This document shows positions 8,067 through 18,207 of a DNA stretch of 64,000 nucleotides, in pieces. The stretch covers positions 288,001-352,000 of the forward strand of contig CAVWEH010000004.1 in assembly GCA_963753975.1 (NCBI GenBank). The letters are read 5' to 3'. The stretch is from an uncultured delta proteobacterium (lineage in GTDB: Bacteria; Desulfobacterota; Syntrophia; Syntrophales; Smithellaceae). Below the pieces are notes generated by a model. That model searched no databases, was not told the DNA's origin, and saw only the letters and a list, made by a program, of their open reading frames with translations. The translations under genes were made by a program, and so were the position numbers. How positions within the stretch are numbered: position 1 is the stretch's first letter; each line of letters begins with the position of its first letter.

Positions 8067-9800
8067 TTATTGTTTGTTCAGCAAATAAGCCTTCATCTCC
8101 TTCAGATTCAGACAATTAAGACAATCGCCCTTGGAAAGCCAACCTTTGCGGGCTATCTTAATTCCAAAACTGATGTCGTGCAATCCCGCTTTCTGATGAG
8201 CGTCGGGGTTGATCGCAATCTTTACGCCCTTCTTTTTGGCATGAATGCAATTGCGCCAATCCAAATCCAGACGGTGCGGATTGGCATTGAGCTCGAGAGC
8301 CTTGCCGAACTGGGCCGCTGCCTCAATAATTTCCATAATGTTTAGCGCATAAGGTTCCCGCGACAAAAGCAACCTGCCGGTCGGATGGGCGAGCATGGTA
8401 GTATATTTATTCTGCAGAGCTTTCTTAATGCGGCCGGTCATCTCCGCAGCGGTCATGTTAAAATTGGAATGGATGGCGGCAATCACAAAATCAAATTTCG
8501 CCATAATTTCTTCATCGTAATCCAACCTGCCGTCCGGCAAAATATCCGCTTCGGTTCCTTTAAATATATAAAAAGGCGCATGCTTATTGTTGAGATTATC
8601 AATAAGCTCATGCTGCCTTTGAATATCCTCCGCTTTCAAGCCTCCGGCATAATAAGCCGAACGGCTGTGATCGCTGATACCGATATATTTTAATCCCATT
8701 TTTTTTGCCGCCAGCACGATACTCTCCAGTGTATCCGTGCCATCACTGAAATTGGTGTGGATATGAAAAAGCCCCTGTACATCTTTTTCTTCGACAAGTT
8801 TTGGCAATGTGTTTTTTTCTGCCGCTTCAATTTCGCCCATATTTTCGCGCAATTCCGGAGGAATAAATTGCAGCCCCAGTGCGGAAAAAATTTCTTCCTC
8901 ACTGCGGCAAACAATGTTTTTCTCTCCTCGGAAAAGCCCATATTCGTTCATTTTGATGCCCATGTCCTTCGCTCTGCCCCGCATGGCGGTGTTATGCTCT
9001 TTGCTGCCGGTAAAATGATGCAGCGCATAAGGAAACTCATCTTTTGTTACGATGCGCAAATCGGCATTGACTCCCGATTTCAAATTTACGCTGACTTTCG
9101 TTTCACCGCCGGCAATAACAGAAGCAACTTCATCCAAATTGGCGAATGCTCGGGCCAGTTTTTCGGGATGCGCCGAACTGGCCAGGATATCAATGTCCTT
9201 GACAGTTTCGTTGCCGCGGCGCAATGAACCGGCAACGCTGACGGCAAAGACATCTTTATTTTCCCTGAGAAACTTAAGCAGCGCTTCAGCCTGGCCTTCG
9301 ACTTCCGCATAAAGCCTTCTTTCTTTATAAACCTTCAGCTTTTCGATACCGGCCAAAATATTTTCCTGCGACTTTTTTCCAAATCCCTTAAGTTCCACAA
9401 GACGGTTTTCATGGCAGGCATATTCCAGTTCACCGATAGTTTTTATTCCCAATCGTTCATAAAGAGCATGAATTTTTTTCGGTCCCAGGCCGCTTATCTT
9501 CAACATTTCCAGATGACCGGGAGGAATGGACGTTTTGAGGTTTTCGTAATATTCCAATTGTCCGGTAGTCATCAACTCCACAATTTTTTTGCCGATAGCC
9601 TCTCCTACACCGTCGATTTCGTAAATTTTTCCCTCCTGCACCAATTCACTAAGATCAGATTCTACTTTTTCCAAATTGCGGGCGGCATTCGTGTAGGCAC
9701 GGGATTTAAAGGGATTTTCTCCGGTCAATTCCAAAAGAACTGCAATTTCTTCGAGAATTTTGATGACTGTTTCTTTGGTGACCATTTTTTTCACAAACAT
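8067..9800 (-). CDS. polX: DNA polymerase X with PHP 3'-5' exonuclease domain
   Basis: GSLRR...KDIDIL, ADLR, HFTGSKEHN, HIHTNFSDG, SDHS, DAH. Confidence 0.95.
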   Translation of the reverse strand: MFVKKMVTKETVIKILEEIAVLLELTGENPFKSRAYTNAARNLEKVESDLSELVQEGKIYEIDGVGEAIGKKIVELMTTGQLEYYENLKTSIPPGHLEMLKISGLGPKKIHALYERLGIKTIGELEYACHENRLVELKGFGKKSQENILAGIEKLKVYKERRLYAEVEGQAEALLKFLRENKDVFAVSVAGSLRRGNETVKDIDILASSAHPEKLARAFANLDEVASVIAGGETKVSVNLKSGVNADLRIVTKDEFPYALHHFTGSKEHNTAMRGRAKDMGIKMNEYGLFRGEKNIVCRSEEEIFSALGLQFIPPELRENMGEIEAAEKNTLPKLVEEKDVQGLFHIHTNFSDGTDTLESIVLAAKKMGLKYIGISDHSRSAYYAGGLKAEDIQRQHELIDNLNNKHAPFYIFKGTEADILPDGRLDYDEEIMAKFDFVIAAIHSNFNMTAAEMTGRIKKALQNKYTTMLAHPTGRLLLSREPYALNIMEIIEAAAQFGKALELNANPHRLDLDWRNCIHAKKKGVKIAINPDAHQKAGLHDISFGIKIARKGWLSKGDCLNCLNLKEMKAYLLNKQ

Positions 9801-9886
9801 TTAACCTCTTATCTCATCTTTTATATATCTTCGAAGTATTCCGGCAAAAGCCGGCTTTCTTGTGATACTTTTTGTTGAGGCATTGC

Positions 9887-9915
9887 TTGACATTCTACTT
9901 TGAACAATATATAAG
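9887..9915 (+). promoter_or_regulatory. Sigma70-like promoter of tRNA-Glu
   Basis: TTGACA-N17-TATAAG followed by GC-rich discriminator. Confidence 0.65.
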
Positions 9916-9947
9916 GCGCGCACCTTACATATAAATTATTTCCCAGC

Positions 9948-10023
9948 GTCCCCATCGTCTAGAGGCCTAGGACACGGGCCTTTCACGCCTGTAACCGGGG
10001 TTCGACTCCCCATGGGGACGCCA
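9948..10023 (+). tRNA. tRNA-Glu(TTC)
   Basis: GTCCCCA...TGGGGAC acceptor, CGGGC-CTTTCAC-GCCTG anticodon arm, GGTTCGACTCC, encoded CCA. Confidence 0.97.
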
Positions 10024-10029
10024 ATATTT

Positions 10030-10068
10030 AAAAAAAAGGGCAAACTATATTCGGTTTGCCCTTTTTTG
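10030..10068. terminator. Bidirectional rho-independent terminator
   Basis: A-tract GGGCAAAC...GTTTGCCC T-tract between convergent genes. Confidence 0.8.
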
Positions 10069-10080
10069 TTTATCTGAATC

Positions 10081-10938
10081 TTATTTCTCTTTTTTCTTAG
10101 TTGTGCTCTTTTTCGGCTTTGTTTTGGCCTCCGCGACCGTTTTCTTTTTTAGGTTTTTATCAGCGGTAGCTGCCGTCTTTGTTTTCAGTTTAGGTTTTGG
10201 TGCGGCCTTTGCCTTTGTTGTCTTTGTCGTTTTTGGTTTTGGCTTTGCTTTTGGTACCTCGGCCTTTGGCTTCCCCTTAGGTTTCGGCTCAGGCTTCTTG
10301 GGTTTTGCTGCCGCAACTTTCGACTCTTTTTTAGCTCTCGGTTCAGCCTTTACTTTCGCTGGCGCCGGTTGAGAAACGGCAACGGGAGCAACCGGTTTTT
10401 CCCCAATCTTCGGTTCCGCCGGTACTGATATAATTTCCGGCAGTGGTACCGGGGCTTCCGGTTTTTCTTCAGGTTTTATTTCCACCGGCTTCGGTACAGA
10501 CACTGGTTCCGGCACTGGTTGGAATTTCGGTACGGCTATAGGTTCAGGTGCCGGCGCTTCTAATATCACCGGCTTGGGCTCCGGCGCTGGCCGCTTCGGC
10601 GGTTTGGGCGGCTTCGGCTCTTCCTGCATAGGCGCTGGTTTGGGCTTGGGCGCCTCTTTAGGTTCAGCTTTCGGTTTTTTCTCTTTTTTCTTCTTCGGTT
10701 CAGCTAACTTTTGTGCTTTTGCCTGTGCTAATTCCTGGACGCGTTGGACAAATTTCTCCAGCGCGGCAATTCTTATATTAGTTTGCCTGATTTTTGCCTT
10801 AAGATTTTTAACAAGGGGGTCACTTTGGGCTTTTTCTTTGCTGATACCCTTTTGGGCTAATTTCTGCAATCGTAAATCCAGTTTTTTCTCCAGGATTCGG
10901 CGCTGCTCAAGTCTGACATTCTTACTTTTCGACGGCAT
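10081..10938 (-). CDS. Hypothetical protein: basic helical N-terminus, Pro/Glu linker, Lys/Ala-rich histone-H1-like tail
   Basis: GGAGG RBS before MPSKSK; low-complexity PEPKP and KPKAK segments. Confidence 0.75.
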   Translation of the reverse strand: MPSKSKNVRLEQRRILEKKLDLRLQKLAQKGISKEKAQSDPLVKNLKAKIRQTNIRIAALEKFVQRVQELAQAKAQKLAEPKKKKEKKPKAEPKEAPKPKPAPMQEEPKPPKPPKRPAPEPKPVILEAPAPEPIAVPKFQPVPEPVSVPKPVEIKPEEKPEAPVPLPEIISVPAEPKIGEKPVAPVAVSQPAPAKVKAEPRAKKESKVAAAKPKKPEPKPKGKPKAEVPKAKPKPKTTKTTKAKAAPKPKLKTKTAATADKNLKKKTVAEAKTKPKKSTTKKKEK

Positions 10939-11092
10939 TTTTTCCTCCACATGCATTTTAAAATATTTAAACTTAGCGCTTAAATAACAATATTTTCGCT
11001 TGAAAGCTACAAAAATATTTTTACTGTTTAGTGGAGCCTCCTCCGGTCGCAGATGACCTTTAGGTTAAAGGAGCCGGAGGCTTCCTAAAATA

Positions 11093-11252
11093 GTGAGACC
11101 CAAGCTTCAGAAACAAAGTGCGCTGAAGCTTGCAGGTCGAATCAATGAAACTCAAATATTGCCAGCACAGTGCGGCAATATTTGCAGGTTGAATTGATCC
11201 CGCATAAGCGGAGGACATTGCAAATGCCCGTGATTATCCCGCGGAGCAGAGG
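11093..11252 (-). repeat. Modular hairpin repeat, locus B (partial head-head-H1a-H2)
   Basis: Reverse complement nearly identical to 7102-7250; micro-element at 11047-11067 lies beside it. Confidence 0.92.
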
Positions 11253-11367
11253 ACAACGCGACCTCCCGCGGCTGGAGCCGAGGGATTCCAAGTCACGGGA
11301 TTTGATGTTAGGTTTTCCTAATTATTTTTCCCGCCACCAGTTGACCACATAAACTACCATCTTTTTT

Positions 11368-12531
11368 TCATCTTGTCTCCAATAAACCGATGACTTCAAC
11401 ATGCTCGGTTTGGGGAAACATGTCCACAGGTAAAAGACTAAGCAAGGCATAACCATGCTCATTTAAATATTTAACGTCCCGCGCCTGTGTCGCCGGATTG
11501 CAGGAAACGTAAATAACCTTTTGCGGCTTTAAATCCGCGATTGCCTTCAGTACTGATTCGCTGCAGCCGCTGCGGGGTGGATCAAGTACAATCAAATCGT
11601 TTTCATTTCTGGAAGATAAAAATTCCCCCGATAAAATATTTTCGACTTTTCCCCGGATAAACCTAACATTTTTCACATTCGCATTGGCGGCATTTACTTG
11701 CGCATATTTTACTGATTTTTCGCTTATTTCAATACCGACAACACGCTGGCTATAAGGCGCCAGAAAAATCGAAAAAAGGCCGCTACCGCAATAGGCATCA
11801 ATTAAAGTATTTATTTCGTTAGACATCGCCAGACGGCAAACCTCATCCACTAATTGATTTGTCAAATACAGATTTGCCTGAAAAAATCCTCTCCGGGGCA
11901 CCAAAAACTTTTTCCCCTTAACCGTCCTCATGACCGCATCTTTCTGATCGGCAAGAGGATCTGACCAAATTGTTAAACGGTCATCATTATTGTGCTGAGT
12001 CTGTATATTCTCCCTCCGGGCACGTAATTTTTCGTTTATTGTTTCTTCCATAATTTCACAGCGTTCTATATCCACAATTTCACGGCCGGAAACATCTAAG
12101 AAGCCGATTTTAAAACCATTGCTTGTTCTTAAAGAATGAAACTCGGCCTTTCCCCGATAATGATAGACTTTGGAAGCCGCTTTAATAACTGTAACCGGCG
12201 GTGTCGCAATTTTGCCGATTTTTCGAAATATTTCTTCCACCTGCTTTTTTTTAATCTCCGGCTGGTATTCATAATTTACGTGCTGGTAGCAACAACCACC
12301 GCAGTTCTCATAATAGCGGCACAGAGGACTTACTCGCAACGGCGACGGTTTGACTATCTGTAATATTTTGCCGCGGGCAAATTTCTTTTTGAGCTGAACA
12401 ATTTCAACTTCCAGTTCATCTCCCGGAGCGGCAAAGGGAACGAATACCACAAAATTGTCGACGCGTCCGACTCCTTCGCCGCCAAATGCTACTGATTCAA
12501 TTTTTATTACAACGCGATCTTTGATCCGCAT
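11368..12531 (-). CDS. TRAM-domain RNA m5U methyltransferase (RlmD/TrmA family)
   Basis: TRAM N-terminus, CxxxxxCGGC, FFQAN, DAYCGSG, DPPRSG, YVSCNP, DMFPQTEHVE. Confidence 0.92.
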   Translation of the reverse strand: MRIKDRVVIKIESVAFGGEGVGRVDNFVVFVPFAAPGDELEVEIVQLKKKFARGKILQIVKPSPLRVSPLCRYYENCGGCCYQHVNYEYQPEIKKKQVEEIFRKIGKIATPPVTVIKAASKVYHYRGKAEFHSLRTSNGFKIGFLDVSGREIVDIERCEIMEETINEKLRARRENIQTQHNNDDRLTIWSDPLADQKDAVMRTVKGKKFLVPRRGFFQANLYLTNQLVDEVCRLAMSNEINTLIDAYCGSGLFSIFLAPYSQRVVGIEISEKSVKYAQVNAANANVKNVRFIRGKVENILSGEFLSSRNENDLIVLDPPRSGCSESVLKAIADLKPQKVIYVSCNPATQARDVKYLNEHGYALLSLLPVDMFPQTEHVEVIGLLETR

Positions 12532-12681
12532 AATTCTCCAGTTTAGACATTTATAAAACTTTCCTGTTCAGCGAGAGCATATAGTACATGAGAAATAATA
12601 GTCAATACGAGCAATATTTTCTTTACAATGGGAATTAATGTTGTTAATTAAATCCGCAACGAAAATTATAAGGGATTAATA

Positions 12682-13533
12682 ATGTCCACGGAAAGAAAAT
12701 CCATCCTCTGCCCCAACTGCCGCAAGCTCATCAGCTCGGACGAGCCTTCCTGCCCTTATTGCGGACTTTTACGGCCCGGTTTACACAATACTGCAGGGAT
12801 TATCAGAAATATTTTCTTTGCTTTCAACCCGGTAATGACCATTATCTACACGAACATTGCTTTTTATTTTCTGGCATTGCTTTTAAATCCGCAGGGAATT
12901 CTTTCCGGTGGCAGCCCTTTTAATTTCCTCTCTCCTTCGGGTCAAAGCCTCTTTCTATTGGGAGCAACCGGAACAGTTCCCGTATTTGAATTTCACCGCT
13001 TTTGGACTCTAATTGCCGCTTCCTTTCTGCATGGAGGAATTCTGCATATTGGTTTCAATATGATGGCTTTATACCAATTGGGACCTTTCGTTCTACAAAT
13101 ATTCGGCTTTCACCGTTTTTTGATCATATATATTCTGTCCGGAATCGTCGGTTTTGCCGCCTCTTTGCTGTTTGGCGTTACCTTTACCATCGGCGCATCG
13201 GCCAGCATCTGCGGACTAATCGGCGCGATTTTGTATTATGGAAAAAGCCGGGGCGGTTATTACGGACAGGCTATATATAAACAAGCAGTGGGTTGGATTA
13301 TCGCACTAATAGTCTTTGGAGTTATCGTCAGCGGCATAAACAACTGGGCTCACGGCGGCGGAGTTCTTTGCGGAATACTTTTGGCCTTTCTAATGGGATA
13401 CAATGAAAAAAAACAGGAAACGGCGGGACATAAACTTTTGGCCTATGCGTGCATCTTAATTACGGCCGGTATTTTAATCTGGTCGGCTGTTTATTCCCTA
13501 ATTTATGTTATCGCGCCTTCAATCCTTTCATAA
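12682..13533 (+). CDS. Rhomboid intramembrane serine protease with N-terminal zinc ribbon
   Basis: CPNC...CPYC, FLHGGILHIGFNM, GASA, NWAHGGG. Confidence 0.9.
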   Translation: MSTERKSILCPNCRKLISSDEPSCPYCGLLRPGLHNTAGIIRNIFFAFNPVMTIIYTNIAFYFLALLLNPQGILSGGSPFNFLSPSGQSLFLLGATGTVPVFEFHRFWTLIAASFLHGGILHIGFNMMALYQLGPFVLQIFGFHRFLIIYILSGIVGFAASLLFGVTFTIGASASICGLIGAILYYGKSRGGYYGQAIYKQAVGWIIALIVFGVIVSGINNWAHGGGVLCGILLAFLMGYNEKKQETAGHKLLAYACILITAGILIWSAVYSLIYVIAPSILS

Positions 13534-13562
13534 ATTAAAATGAAATTTTAATCTGTAAATTC

Positions 13563-14022
13563 ATGACAGAAAAACCCGAAGAAGAAAATAAAAGATCTAT
13601 CCTGGCATTTGCCTGCGCCTCTTTCTTAAATGATTTTGGCTCCGACATGATTTATCCGGTTTGGCCATTGTTTGTTACTTCCGTTATGGGCGCCAACATG
13701 GCCGTGCCGGGATTGATTGACGGATTGGATGAAGCTTTCGTTTCCATCTCTAAAGCCATATCCGGCTATCTTTCCGACAGGATCAGGAAAAGGAAGTTTT
13801 TTATAGTGTTTCCGGGCCGCCGGCCTGGGTGTATTTCAAATGGCCATCGGCATTTGCGCCCTGCCGGCTTCATTGGTTGCCGGCTTTCTCCAGAATAATA
13901 TTAACATGCAGGCCCCTTTTTATTTATCTCTTGTCTTGTCTCTAATCGCTTGTTTCCTGCTTTTATTTGTAAAAGAGGATAGTGGCAACAACGGGCAAAA
14001 AAGCCTGCTTAATTTTTCCTGA
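13563..14022 (+). pseudogene. MFS transporter remnant (N- and C-terminal ends only)
   Basis: SFLNDFGSDMIYPVWPLF...GYLSDRIRKRK is joined out of frame to FQMAIGICALPASLVAGF...APFY. Confidence 0.75.
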
Positions 14023-15202
14023 CCAGTAGAAGCCCCTTAAGATAGTGGCCTTCGGGATGTCCCAGCAAAACCGGATGATCCGGCCCTGCCGCCAATCTTG
14101 TTAGCAATTGTAAATCGGCGTCGGCATCGCGCGCAGCGCCAAGAACGATCTTGGAAAAAAGATCTTCTTCTATAAAGTTGGAGCAGGAAAACGTCGCCAG
14201 GATTCCTCCTCGGGCAAGATGCTTGATTGCTTGTAAATTGATTTCCTTATAGCCGCGCGCTGCTTTGGCCACATCCTTTTTGGCTTGAGCAAATGCGGGA
14301 GGATCAAGGATGATCATATCGAAACATTCCTGCGTATTGCGCAAATAATCAAAGACATCGGCTTCTACTACCGGATGGTCTTCCGTGGAAAACCAATTGA
14401 GCTGCAGATTCCTTTTTGCCGTGATACAGGCAGGCTTGGATATATCCAAAGAAACAACTCGTTTGGCCCCGCCTTGGGCGCAATAAACGGAAAAAGCTCC
14501 GGTGTAAGAAAAACAGTTTAATATGCTGGCATCACGGCTCAGCGCGCCTATCTTTTCTCTGTTGATCCGCTGGTCCAGAAAAAAACCGGTTTTTTGGCCA
14601 CGGGCAAAGTCCACCTCAAATTTCAACCCGTTTTCCATTATCTCCACAATACCGGCTTCATTATCTCCGAAAACAAAACCGATCCTGATTTCCAGCCCCT
14701 CCAATGAACGCGACCGGCCTTCGCTTTTTTCATAAATCCGCGCCGGTTTTAATTGGGAAATGAGAGCATCTAAAATATGGTTTTTTTGTTTTTCCATTCC
14801 GGCGGTCGCAATGGATAGCATCAGACTCGAACCATAAACATCAACTATCAATCCCGGAAAACCATCACCTTCGGCATTGATGAGGCGATAAGCGTTTGTT
14901 TGTTCATTGATAATTATTTGCCGTAATTTGCATGCCACATGCAGGCGGTTTTGCCAAAAATTTGAGGTGATTTTTCCTTCACAGTTTCTCGTCAAGATAC
15001 GTAAAGCTATGTCTGTTCGGGGATTAAAAAATCCTAAAGCCAGGGGTTTACCGCCCGAATCTTTGACCAGAACAATATCGCCCGCATCGGGTTTTCCTTT
15101 AATTGCATCAATAGCGCCGGAAAATACCCATGGATGCCCGCGCAAGAGCGCCGCTTCACGTCCCTTTTTCAAGATCATTTCCGGATAAATCATCTTAGAC
15201 AT
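14009..15202 (-). CDS. rlmI: 23S rRNA m5C1962 methyltransferase family (RlmI-like)
   Basis: GHPWVFS PUA domain, GQKTGFFLDQR, FSYTG, LDPPAF, FSCS. Confidence 0.85.
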   Translation of the reverse strand: MSKMIYPEMILKKGREAALLRGHPWVFSGAIDAIKGKPDAGDIVLVKDSGGKPLALGFFNPRTDIALRILTRNCEGKITSNFWQNRLHVACKLRQIIINEQTNAYRLINAEGDGFPGLIVDVYGSSLMLSIATAGMEKQKNHILDALISQLKPARIYEKSEGRSRSLEGLEIRIGFVFGDNEAGIVEIMENGLKFEVDFARGQKTGFFLDQRINREKIGALSRDASILNCFSYTGAFSVYCAQGGAKRVVSLDISKPACITAKRNLQLNWFSTEDHPVVEADVFDYLRNTQECFDMIILDPPAFAQAKKDVAKAARGYKEINLQAIKHLARGGILATFSCSNFIEEDLFSKIVLGAARDADADLQLLTRLAAGPDHPVLLGHPEGHYLKGLLLVRKN

Positions 15203-15306
15203 TAAGTTTTAGGCTATCTTTTCTAACTTGAAATTGCAAGGCACTTTGTATTATAGCATTCAGTAATTACATTTATTCGCTACAAAACCGCAAGGGGTTT
15301 GGAAAA

Positions 15307-16383
15307 ATGCATGCTGTCATCATGGCCGGCGGCAGAGGCACTCGCTTCTGGCCCCGTAGCAGGGAGAAAAAGCCCAAGCATCTATTAGATATAGTTAGCA
15401 ATAGAACTATAATCCAGGAAACCGTTGACCGCGTCAAAGAACTGATTGCCCCGCAAAATATCTTGGTGGTGACAGGCAAAAAGCACGCGCGTGAGCTGAT
15501 CAAGCAGCTTCCGGAAATTCCTTCAAAAAATATCATTATTGAACCGGAAGGTAAAAATACCGCACCCTGCGTCGGACTCGCGGCTCTCTACATACAAAAA
15601 AAAGTCGGCGATGATGTCATGGTTGTGCTGCCTTCCGACCACGCCATTGGTGATGCCCATGTATATACAGAGGTCATTGCTGCAGCGGCACAATTTGCCG
15701 CCAACGAAAACGCGCTGGCAACAATCGGCATAAAACCATCCGGTATTCAAACAGGCTTCGGCTACATTGAATATGCTGATTCTTTTCAGCATATAGGGAA
15801 TCAGGAAGTTTTCCGGGTAAAATCCATACGTGAAAAACCGGATTTCACGCAAGCACAGAAATTTGTTCAAAGCGGCAATTTTTATTGGAACAGCGGCATG
15901 TTTATCTGGAAAGCCTCGACCATCATAGAAGAAATCGCCCGCTTTTTGCCGGACTTATATTCAGGTCTGATGAAAATAAAAAATGTCCTTGGCACTCCAA
16001 GAGAAGCGACTGTCATCCGTAAAGTTTATAAAAAACTGACTTCGATTTCTATCGATTACGGCGTTATGGAAAAGGCGAACAACGTTTTTATGCTGAGAGG
16101 AGATTTCGGCTGGAGCGATGTGGGCAGTTGGGATGCGCTTTGGGAAATATCGCCTAAAGATAACAAAGGTAATACAGTAACCGGAGGCCGCAATGTACTT
16201 TTTGAAGATACGGAGGGATCTCTTGTTTATAGCCCGCAAAAACTTGTCGCTCTTGTAGGAGTAAAGGATTTAATCGTTGTAGAAACAAAAAATGCCTTAC
16301 TGATTTGCAAAAAAGGCCGTTCCCAGGATGTAAAAAAAATAGTCGAAACTCTGGAAGCGGCAAAAATGAAGAAATACCTTTAG
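15307..16383 (+). CDS. manC: Mannose-1-phosphate guanylyltransferase
   Basis: MAGGRGTRFWPRSR, EPEGKNTAP, LPSDH, REKPD, WNSGMF, SIDYGVME, WSDVGSW. Confidence 0.92.
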   Translation: MHAVIMAGGRGTRFWPRSREKKPKHLLDIVSNRTIIQETVDRVKELIAPQNILVVTGKKHARELIKQLPEIPSKNIIIEPEGKNTAPCVGLAALYIQKKVGDDVMVVLPSDHAIGDAHVYTEVIAAAAQFAANENALATIGIKPSGIQTGFGYIEYADSFQHIGNQEVFRVKSIREKPDFTQAQKFVQSGNFYWNSGMFIWKASTIIEEIARFLPDLYSGLMKIKNVLGTPREATVIRKVYKKLTSISIDYGVMEKANNVFMLRGDFGWSDVGSWDALWEISPKDNKGNTVTGGRNVLFEDTEGSLVYSPQKLVALVGVKDLIVVETKNALLICKKGRSQDVKKIVETLEAAKMKKYL

Positions 16384-16385
16384 AG

Positions 16386-16682
16386 TTACTTTAAATAAAC
16401 CGGGTCGCCGTTGACATCAAACTTCCCTTTTTTAAGTTCTCCGATAATAATATTGAGGGTAGTCATTTCGTCATCAAAGGTAATAATCAACAGATCATGT
16501 CCTTTATTCTCATGTTTCTTCACACCGTTAATTTTTTTCAAGATAGAACCTATCCTGGCATTGGAGTTTCAGGCAGAACATCCGGGCATTGTCAGCTGCA
16601 CAATTCTTTCCTCAGCGATAGCGACACTGATAAACGCTGATAAGAAAATGAGTGTTAAGAATACACTTAATAATTTTTTCAT
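16386..16682 (-). CDS. Exported HMA-like selenoprotein candidate, 98 aa (MPGCSAU)
   Basis: GAGGTGG RBS, signal peptide, in-frame TGA at 16569-16571 as codon 38 in CxxU, frame stays open to TAA 16386; SECIS-like hairpin; selC in window. Confidence 0.85.
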
Positions 16683-16814
16683 ATTCCACCTCTGTTTTTT
16701 TATGGCCTTATAATAACTCCAAGCCCCTCAAGAAGCAAATATAATTTCCAATTGACACTTAAAAGTTTATTTGTGATAAAAATCATTATATTCATATTAT
16801 AGAAAGCAAAACCA

Positions 16815-17408
16815 ATGCCTATCTCTTTATCCGAACAACTTATTTTAGCTTCGGCTTCGCCGCGACGGCGGGAGCTGCTGCGGTCGGTGGGTTTGAAGTT
16901 CAAAACCATTCCCGCTCATGTCGATGAAGATTACAGCGAGGGAGAAAGCCCTAAGCAGCACGTCCGCAGGCTGGCTGGCGAAAAGGCTCAACTTATTGCC
17001 CGAAAATATCCGCGGGCGTGGGTGCTGGGAGCGGATACAATTGTTGTCATTGACGGACTTATTTTAGGCAAGCCAAAAAATAAAACACAGGCAAAAGAAA
17101 TGTTGAAAAAACTAAGCGGCCGCGAGCATAAAGTATTTACCGGTTTTACTGTCACTCAAGTCACCTCTAAAGTAAGTCGTTCTGATATCGTTCAATCGAC
17201 GGTCAAATTTAAAAAGATCAGCGCCGCAGAATTGGATTGGTATATAGCCTGCGATGAACCATACGACAAGGCCGGTGGTTATGCAGTGCAGGGGAAAGGG
17301 GCTTATTTCATAAAATCAATTCGCGGCTCTTACACCAATGTGATTGGCCTGCCGCTTGGCGAAGTTTTGGAAACATTAAAAAAATTAGAAGTGATCAGTT
17401 TTGGCTAG
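16815..17408 (+). CDS. maf: Maf nucleoside triphosphate pyrophosphatase
   Basis: ILASASPRRRELL, GADTIV, GKP, DKAGGYAVQG, NVIGLP. Confidence 0.93.
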   Translation: MPISLSEQLILASASPRRRELLRSVGLKFKTIPAHVDEDYSEGESPKQHVRRLAGEKAQLIARKYPRAWVLGADTIVVIDGLILGKPKNKTQAKEMLKKLSGREHKVFTGFTVTQVTSKVSRSDIVQSTVKFKKISAAELDWYIACDEPYDKAGGYAVQGKGAYFIKSIRGSYTNVIGLPLGEVLETLKKLEVISFG

Positions 17409-17413
17409 GTTCA

Positions 17414-18106
17414 ATGGAAATAAATATTCCCGACAATATAAATAACATAAAACAAAAGATAATTTCTGCGGCTGTTAAGTGCGGCCGCGATCCTGATTCC
17501 GTCAAACTTATGGCGGTTACTAAAACCGTTCCCGCCGAATATATCATTAAGGCCATTAACGCCGGTATCACCATGCTTGGCGAAAATTATGTTCAGGAGG
17601 CCAAAGGTAAAATCGCTGTTATCGGCGGTAGTTCCCAATGGCATATGATCGGCCATCTGCAGACTAACAAAGCAAAATATGCCGTCAAATTGTTTGACTA
17701 TGTTCATTCCGTTGACCGCCTCGAACTCGCACAGGAACTGGATCGAAGAGCAGGACTGACCGGTTGCAAATTGAATATTCTCGTTGAAGTCAACGTCAGC
17801 GGCGAAAAATCAAAGAATGGCATTCCGGCGGATGATGCCCCAACCTTAATTAAGCAAATAGCCGGCCTCACAAATCTGGCTGTGCGCGGATTAATGACTA
17901 TGGCTCCGTATTCCGATAATCCTGAAAATGCCCGTCCTCACTTTTTCGCTTTGAGAAATCTTCGTGATAATATAGCCCGTCAACAAATTCCGGGAATTCA
18001 AATGGAAGAACTTTCCATGGGCATGACCGATGATTTCGAAGTAGCCATTGAAGAAGGAGCAACGATTGTCCGCATTGGCCGGGCAATATTCGGCCAGCGA
18101 AAATAA
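17414..18106 (+). CDS. yggS: PLP homeostasis protein YggS
   Basis: AVTKT, GENYVQE, WHMIGHLQTNK, LSMGM, VRIGRAIFG. Confidence 0.95.
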   Translation: MEINIPDNINNIKQKIISAAVKCGRDPDSVKLMAVTKTVPAEYIIKAINAGITMLGENYVQEAKGKIAVIGGSSQWHMIGHLQTNKAKYAVKLFDYVHSVDRLELAQELDRRAGLTGCKLNILVEVNVSGEKSKNGIPADDAPTLIKQIAGLTNLAVRGLMTMAPYSDNPENARPHFFALRNLRDNIARQQIPGIQMEELSMGMTDDFEVAIEEGATIVRIGRAIFGQRK

Positions 18107-18207
18107 TCTTACTGTCGAGGCACAAAAGCTTTCACGGAAGAAACATTGTAACAATGTTATCCATCGTTTTTTCTGATAACAATCAGTAAACGGAGAAAGT
18201 TTTTTAA

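Noticed and set aside
16411..16713. Plus-strand 100 aa ORF
   Set aside because: Shadow of the minus-strand selenoprotein candidate, which has RBS, signal peptide and motif
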